64,000 bases of DNA from assembly GCA_964482235.1 (NCBI GenBank), contig CAYZWU010000007.1, positions 3,053-67,052 of the forward strand, given 5' to 3'. A program made the translations under genes and the position numbers. This document shows positions 59,127 to 64,000 of this stretch, in pieces. This stretch comes from an uncultured Phycisphaerales bacterium (lineage in GTDB: Bacteria > Planctomycetota > B15-G4 > CAYZWU01). The notes below the pieces were generated by a model, which worked only from the letters and a program-made list of their open reading frames with translations, ran no database searches and had not been told where the DNA came from. Positions within the stretch are counted from its first letter, which is position 1. Every line of letters begins with the position of its first letter.

Positions 59127-59555
59127 ATGGTTCAACGCCTTTTACTCACTGCCGCCTCTGTCGGTGTTGCGCTTGTTCTGCTCATGGTCGGATCGTCCTG
59201 CGACTGCTCCGATCCGACGGATTCCGGCAGCTCCGGCTCGACGGAGTCGGAAAGTACATCAAGCCCCGAGATCAAGGAACAGGTTCAGCTCTCCATCGAG
59301 GGAATGACCTGAGGCCACTGCAACGCCGTAGTTACGGCGGCGCTGAAAAAATGTCCCGGCGTGGCTCAGGTGACCGTTGACCTGAACGCCGGCACGGTTC
59401 TGGTGAAGGGCGACGAGCTCGACAGCGCGGCACTCAAGGCAGCGGTGGATAACACGGACTACGAAGTCCTCGAAGTAACGGGACCGGACCCGATCAGCAC
59501 GGAACAGGCCCCGGCCGACGAGGTGGAGAAGGATGGCGAAGGCGCCGGATCATGA
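59127..59555 (+). CDS. MerP/CopZ-like heavy-metal-associated (HMA) lipoprotein with in-frame TGA at the first Cys of the MxCxxC motif; candidate selenoprotein
   Basis: AAGGAG lies 8 nt upstream of the ATG. Signal peptide/lipobox present (LLMVGSSCDC). The sequence around the TGA reads ...LSIEGMT-TGA-GHCNAVVTAALKKCPGVAQVTVDLNAGTVLVKGDELDSAALKAAVDNTDYEV, which is the HMA fold. ORFs 59127..59312 and 59361..59555 are in the same frame. Confidence 0.55.
59324..59339 (+). promoter_or_regulatory. candidate bacterial SECIS hairpin, 11 nt downstream of the in-frame UGA
   Basis: 6-bp stem CGCCGU/ACGGCG with an AGUU apical loop containing G-U. The spacing from the UGA is within the range reported for bacterial SECIS elements. 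Confidence 0.4.
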
Positions 59556-59599
59556 AGGCGGCATGACCGTTCCCTTGCCTGCTCTTTTTTGTTCGGCAT

Positions 59600-59620
59600 T
59601 GCCGGATTTCCGGCCTTTTT
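59600..59620 (+). terminator. rho-independent terminator after the HMA gene
   Basis: GCCGGA-TT-TCCGGC hairpin followed by CTTTTTC. There is also a T-run at 59583-59590. Confidence 0.6.
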
Positions 59621-59778
59621 CATTGCACGGTCGATCTGCGGGACTATTAATTTCAGAGTCGGTTTTCCCACTAGATCGATGTGAAAACAGTTCTTTTGTC
59701 TCATCGTTCGAATCTTCACCTGCATGCAACAAGTTGGTGATTTTTCCCAGGTGTCTGTAGGGATACCCTGGAGCTCGT

Positions 59779-60366
59779 ATGTTTACGAAGAAGTTTGAGC
59801 GTCGCATCCACATTGCCGCCGGCGTCGTACTCTTCTCTCTCGTGCTGGGTTTCGCTTTCGGCGCCTACGCGCTCTGGCCGGCCAACCTGGAAGAGGGCTA
59901 TCAGCCCGAGCAGCCGATCGAGTTCTCCCACGCCACCATGGCCGGGAAGCACCAAGTCGACTGTCTCTACTGCCACTCTTGCGCCGAGAAGGGCCGGTTC
60001 GCCACGATTCCCCCGACCTCCACCTGCATGAAGTGCCACAAGGAGATCAAGCCGAAGAACTCCAAGGGAGAGCTCCTGCCCGACATGGTCAAGCTCTACC
60101 GGTACCACGAGAGCGGCGAGCCGATCCTGTGGGAGAAGGTCTACGATCTTGCCGATTTCGTCTACTTCGATCACAGCCGCCACGTGAACGAGGGGGTCGA
60201 GTGCATGGAGTGCCACGGCGACGTGGAAAAGATGGACCGCGTGCAGCGCGTCCACTCGCTCAAGATGGGGTGGTGCCTCGAGTGCCACAAGGAACCGCCG
60301 CCCGAGGGAAGCCCGCCGTGGCAGAAGACGCGGGCTCCCATTTACTGCTCGACATGCCATCGGTAA
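59779..60366 (+). CDS. actA: alternative complex III pentaheme cytochrome c subunit ActA
   Basis: Five CxxCH motifs (CLYCH, CMKCH, CMECH, CLECH, CSTCH) and an N-terminal TM anchor. It is followed by actB and actC. Confidence 0.85.
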   Translation: MFTKKFERRIHIAAGVVLFSLVLGFAFGAYALWPANLEEGYQPEQPIEFSHATMAGKHQVDCLYCHSCAEKGRFATIPPTSTCMKCHKEIKPKNSKGELLPDMVKLYRYHESGEPILWEKVYDLADFVYFDHSRHVNEGVECMECHGDVEKMDRVQRVHSLKMGWCLECHKEPPPEGSPPWQKTRAPIYCSTCHR

Positions 60367-60386
60367 GCCCCGAACGGAGCATCCTG

Positions 60387-63300
60387 ATGAAAGCGGATGA
60401 AAAAAACTCCGGCCGAATCCATCCTTCCGCCCTGCGGGGCCGCGGCCTTCCCTCGAGGGAGGACTCGGCCGGCGTCGGGCTGTCCGGGCCGGACCGGGAA
60501 GAATCCTCGGCCATGAGCCGCCGCTCGGTTCTCAAGTTCATGGCCGCCTCGGCCGTCCTCTCCACCGGATTCCTGGGCTGCACGCGCAAGCCTCCGCGCA
60601 AGATCGTGAGCATGGCCGACCAGCCGGAGTACAGCCGTCCCGGAATCCCCCTCTACTACGCCTCCACATGGACCGAGGGATCCGTTCCCTACGGGATCAT
60701 GGTGAAAACCCTGGACGGCCGTCCCGTCAAGGTGGAAGGCCTGCCCGGCTTTCCCCTGAACCGGGGAGCCACGAATGCGGCCATGCAGGCGTCGCTGCTC
60801 GGGCTCTACGATCCGACCAGGCTCAAGGGGCCGAAGAAGGGCAAGGCGTCGATCTCCTGGGAGAAGGCCGATGCCGCCCTGGTCGAGGCGATCCGGAACG
60901 CCCGGTCCACCGTCCTGATCACACGGTCGAACCTGGGACCGTCGGAGCGGGCGATGGTCGAGCGGTTCTGCCGCGCTGCCGGCAATGCCCGCCACTTCGT
61001 TCACGAGACCGTTCACGACGGGCCGCGCCGCTCGGCGTGGAAGAAGATCTACGGCCCGGCGTCCGGGAAGGGCGAGGGAGGCGAGCTCACCCCCGACCTC
61101 TCGAAGGCCCGGGTTGTCGTGAGCCTCGACGCCGACTTCCTCGGCACCGACGGCCCGTTTCTCGAGGCGATCCGCCATTTCGCCACGACGCGCCGTCCCG
61201 ATCCGAAGAACCCCGACGCGGCGCCCCTGTCGCGCCTCTACGCGGCCGAGTCCGACATGACGGTCACCGGGTCCAATGCGGACCACAGGATCCCCCTGCG
61301 GCCTTCCCTGATCCTCCCGCTCGTCCAGGCGATCCGTGCCGCCCTGGAAGGACGAAAAGGCGAACTCGAAGCCCTGGCGAAGAAGGAGGATTACGACATC
61401 GAGGTGCTTCAGGCGCTGGTGAAGGATCTCGACTCCCATCGCGGCGCCTCGGTTGTGCTCGCCGGACCTCACCTTCCCGAATCGGTCCATGCCGCGGTCT
61501 GTCTTCTGAATCATGCGATCAAGGCGCCCGGCGCGACCCTGCGCTGGAACCCGGCGCCCCCCGCGCTCGAGGTGACCGATCCCTCGGAGATCGCCGCGGC
61601 CCTGAACGCCGGTGTGGACAACCTCATCCTCCTGGGAGTCAATCCGGTCCATGACTGGCCCGGCGGCGGCTTCGAGAAGCTGCTGGCCCGCTCGCCCTTC
61701 AGCGTGGGGCACGGGCTTCTTGCCGACGAGACCGTTTCGACCTGCACGATCTCCCTGCCGAGCAGCCACAACCTGGAATCGTGGAACGACGCGGCGCCCT
61801 GGTCCGCGTTCCGGTCCCTCTGCCAGCCCGTGATCGCGCCCCTGCACGACACGCGGCAGGAGGCCGAGTCGCTTCTACGATGGACCAGGCTCCTCGAGCC
61901 GGAAGACGGCAGCTTGAAGGAGTGCCGCGACTGGCACGATTTCCTGCGCAGCGAGTGGAAGGGAATCCTCGCGAACGAGGGGGATGATTTCATCCGGGCC
62001 TGGGAGGCGAACCTGCGGCACGGCTTCGCCGGCGCCTTCTACACCTATCCCTTTCCCGAGCCGAACCGCGAGAGGGCCGAAGCCCTGGCAGGCGCAAGCT
62101 CCGCTCGGCCGGGCGGCCTAGAGGCGGTGATCAAGCCGCACCACGCCCTGCACGACGGCCGGTTTGCGAGCAACGGCTGGCTTCATGAGCTTCCCGATCC
62201 GGTGAGCCGCCTCGTCTGGGACAACGCGGCCGCCGTCGGTCCGGCCACGGCCCGCGAGCTCGGTGTCGAGGAGGGCGATCTGGTGACCCTCTCCTCCGGC
62301 AAGAGGAAGATCATGATCCCGGTCCTGGTCCAGCCCGGCGTGGCCCCCCGCACGGTGGTCGTCACCCTCGGGCACGGGCGGACCCGCGCCGGCCGGCTCG
62401 GCAGCAAGGTCGGTGTCAACACCGCGGCTCTTCTCGGCGACGGGGGAGCGGGCGGCACGGCCTGGCTTCTTCCCGACGTAAAGATCGCGCGCACGGGAAG
62501 GACGCATCGCCTGGTGCGAACGCAGACGGCCTTCTCGATGGATGACCGGCCGATCGTTCTTCACGGCACGACGCAGGAGTTCGCCGGGAACCGGGACTTC
62601 GTCAAGGATCGCCGGCACGTGCCCGAGAAGATCCAGCTTCACGACGAGTTCGACTACTCCGAGGGCCGCAAGTGGGCCATGGCGATCGATCTCGGCGCCT
62701 GCGTGGGCTGCGGCGCCTGCATAACCGCCTGCCAGGCCGAGAACAACATCCCCATCGTGGGGAAGGACGAGTGCGGCCTCGGCCGCGAGATGCACTGGAT
62801 GCGGATCGACCGCTACCACGAGGGCGACGAGGAGAACCCGGAAGTCCTTCAGCAGCCCATGCTCTGCCAGCACTGCGACAACGCGCCCTGCGAGAACGTC
62901 TGCCCCGTCAACGCCACCGCGCACAGCGACGACGGGCTCAACGACCAGATCTACAACCGCTGCGTGGGGACGCGGTACTGCGCCAACAACTGCCCCTACA
63001 AGGTGAGGCGCTTCAACTTCTACAACTACAGGAAAGAGGAGGAGGGATCGCCGACCCTCGAGCTGGCCCACAACCCGCAGGTCACGGTCCGCATGCGCGG
63101 CGTGATGGAGAAGTGCTCCTTCTGCGTTCAGCGGATCAACGAGGCGGACTTCCGGACGAAGAGGCCGGGCCGCCACATCCCCGACGGCACGGTCCGCCCG
63201 GCCTGCCAGCAGGCCTGCCCGGCCGGAGCGATCGTGTTCGGCGACGTGAACGATCCCAAAAGCCGCGTGGCGAAGCTCGAGAAGTCGCCCCTGGCCTACC

Positions 63301-63443
63301 TGGTCCTCGATGAGCTCAACGTGAAGCCGAACGTCCGCTACCTGGCGCGCCTTCGCAATCCCCACCCCGACCTGGAGCACCGCTTCCGGAAGAAGACCGG
63401 CCACGAGGATCATGACGGCCGCGGAGAAGGGGGGCATCGATGA
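60387..63443 (+). CDS. actB: alternative complex III ActB (fused molybdopterin-oxidoreductase-like and 4Fe-4S ferredoxin domains) with Tat signal
   Basis: Tat motif [21 protein letters not shown]. An MopB-like domain without a Mo-bis-PGD Cys ligand is followed by an FeS domain with several Cys clusters ([33 protein letters not shown]). The start is either the ATG at 60387 or the ATG at 60514. Confidence 0.85.
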   Translation: MKADEKNSGRIHPSALRGRGLPSREDSAGVGLSGPDREESSAMSRRSVLKFMAASAVLSTGFLGCTRKPPRKIVSMADQPEYSRPGIPLYYASTWTEGSVPYGIMVKTLDGRPVKVEGLPGFPLNRGATNAAMQASLLGLYDPTRLKGPKKGKASISWEKADAALVEAIRNARSTVLITRSNLGPSERAMVERFCRAAGNARHFVHETVHDGPRRSAWKKIYGPASGKGEGGELTPDLSKARVVVSLDADFLGTDGPFLEAIRHFATTRRPDPKNPDAAPLSRLYAAESDMTVTGSNADHRIPLRPSLILPLVQAIRAALEGRKGELEALAKKEDYDIEVLQALVKDLDSHRGASVVLAGPHLPESVHAAVCLLNHAIKAPGATLRWNPAPPALEVTDPSEIAAALNAGVDNLILLGVNPVHDWPGGGFEKLLARSPFSVGHGLLADETVSTCTISLPSSHNLESWNDAAPWSAFRSLCQPVIAPLHDTRQEAESLLRWTRLLEPEDGSLKECRDWHDFLRSEWKGILANEGDDFIRAWEANLRHGFAGAFYTYPFPEPNRERAEALAGASSARPGGLEAVIKPHHALHDGRFASNGWLHELPDPVSRLVWDNAAAVGPATARELGVEEGDLVTLSSGKRKIMIPVLVQPGVAPRTVVVTLGHGRTRAGRLGSKVGVNTAALLGDGGAGGTAWLLPDVKIARTGRTHRLVRTQTAFSMDDRPIVLHGTTQEFAGNRDFVKDRRHVPEKIQLHDEFDYSEGRKWAMAIDLGACVGCGACITACQAENNIPIVGKDECGLGREMHWMRIDRYHEGDEENPEVLQQPMLCQHCDNAPCENVCPVNATAHSDDGLNDQIYNRCVGTRYCANNCPYKVRRFNFYNYRKEEEGSPTLELAHNPQVTVRMRGVMEKCSFCVQRINEADFRTKRPGRHIPDGTVRPACQQACPAGAIVFGDVNDPKSRVAKLEKSPLAYLVLDELNVKPNVRYLARLRNPHPDLEHRFRKKTGHEDHDGRGEGGHR

Positions 63444-64000
63444 GCCGCTCCGGATCGCTGGCCGTCTCCGAACCGCTCGTCGAGGGGAGCGTCGACCTGG
63501 CCCGCCTCGATGGCGACATCAACCGGCCCCTCGAGTCGTTCCCCACCGGGCGGTGGTGGATCTGCATCTCGATCACCAGCATCCTCTCGCTCTACTTCCT
63601 GGTCTGCTTCGTCTACACGATCGCCTTCGGCATCGGCACCTGGGGGAACAACAATCCCGTGGGATGGGGCTGGGCCATCACCAACTTCGTCTTCTGGATC
63701 GGCATCGGCCACGCCGGGACGCTGATCAGCGCGATCCTCTTCCTCCTCAGGCAGAGGTGGCGCACGGCCATCGCCCGCTTCGCCGAGGCGATGACGGTCT
63801 TTGCCGTGATCTGCGCCCTGCAGTTCCCGCTGATCCACACCGGCCGCCCCTGGCTCGCCTACTGGTTGCTGCCCCTGCCCAATGCCAACGACATCTGGGT
63901 CAACTTCAGGTCGCCGCTCCTCTGGGACGTGGTCGCCGTGTCCACCTACGGGACGATCTCCTTCCTCTTCTGGTACACGGGGCTCCTGCCCGACCTGGCC
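63440..64000 (+). CDS. actC: alternative complex III membrane subunit ActC (NrfD/PsrC-like), N-terminal part; continues beyond the window
   Basis: The ATG overlaps the actB stop (ATGA). It has polytopic TM helices ([17 protein letters not shown]..., [18 protein letters not shown]) as in the NrfD family. Confidence 0.8.
   Translation, partial: MSRSGSLAVSEPLVEGSVDLARLDGDINRPLESFPTGRWWICISITSILSLYFLVCFVYTIAFGIGTWGNNNPVGWGWAITNFVFWIGIGHAGTLISAILFLLRQRWRTAIARFAEAMTVFAVICALQFPLIHTGRPWLAYWLLPLPNANDIWVNFRSPLLWDVVAVSTYGTISFLFWYTGLLPDLA

Noticed and set aside
59310-59312. Treating the TGA as an ordinary stop that separates two small genes (59127..59312 and 59361..59555)
   Set aside because: The upstream piece would end precisely in the middle of the HMA metal-binding loop. 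The downstream piece would start inside the same domain with no RBS. The two pieces are in the same frame and together form one intact HMA fold. The realistic alternatives are therefore Sec recoding or a point error/nonsense mutation, not two genes.

Overview
This is a GC-rich (roughly 60-65% by eye) bacterial chromosomal segment with gene-dense, mostly operonic organisation. I see no rRNA, CRISPR arrays, transposases or integrases. Many long antisense ORFs in the track are typical high-GC artefacts, and I rejected them.

Contents from left to right:
- 1-4.2 kb: housekeeping genes (serC/serA-type dehydrogenase, a YbgC-like thioesterase, thiD, thyX).
- 4.5-14.1 kb: a minus-strand type II secretion / type IV pilus-like cluster. 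It holds three GspG-like pseudopilins, a fused PilM/PilN-like (GspL-like) protein, a GspM-like protein, GspF, GspE and a GspD secretin. The secretin reading frame is broken by a 22-bp tandem duplication.
- 14.3-22.8 kb: a 5'-nucleotidase, plsC, larB, tsaD, an ACT-domain protein with a Lys-rich tail, the S41 protease CtpA, and a large unknown membrane protein.
- 22.97 kb: tRNA-Leu(GAG).
- 23.5-47 kb: about 24 kb of exported enzymes, several with signal or Tat peptides:
  - a Cys-type sulfatase
  - a PMT-like glycosyltransferase with TPR repeats
  - a C11 clostripain-like peptidase
  - three parallel beta-helix proteins
  - a GH127 beta-L-arabinofuranosidase
  - an M23 peptidase with HEAT repeats
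  - a transglutaminase-like protein
  - a Gfo/Idh/MocA oxidoreductase
  - an M28 peptidase with a PDZ domain
- 47-52 kb: two ECF sigma modules. One is an ordinary sigma/anti-sigma pair. The other is a sigma domain fused in-frame to a membrane segment and CarboxypepD_reg-like repeats, and it is frameshifted at an A6 tract.
- 52-59 kb: a histidine kinase, a frameshifted NAPRTase-like gene, a secreted SGNH/LamG hydrolase, and a radical-SAM/SPASM enzyme fused to an FNR-type reductase domain.
- 59-64 kb: a small MerP/CopZ-like HMA lipoprotein, then the start of an alternative complex III operon (actA pentaheme cytochrome, actB, actC partial).

The most unusual items:
- The HMA gene has an in-frame TGA exactly at the first Cys of the MxCxxC motif, followed by a SECIS-like hairpin. 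This is a candidate selenoprotein.
- A conserved C-terminal domain of about 105 aa is shared by the C11 peptidase and two beta-helix proteins. By analogy with PorU in the type IX secretion system, the C11 peptidase could be the tail-processing sortase for this domain family.
- At least four genes carry frameshift lesions (secretin, a TPR protein, the sigma fusion, the NAPRTase-like gene). This points to pseudogenisation or assembly error, and it affects every gene-content inference here.
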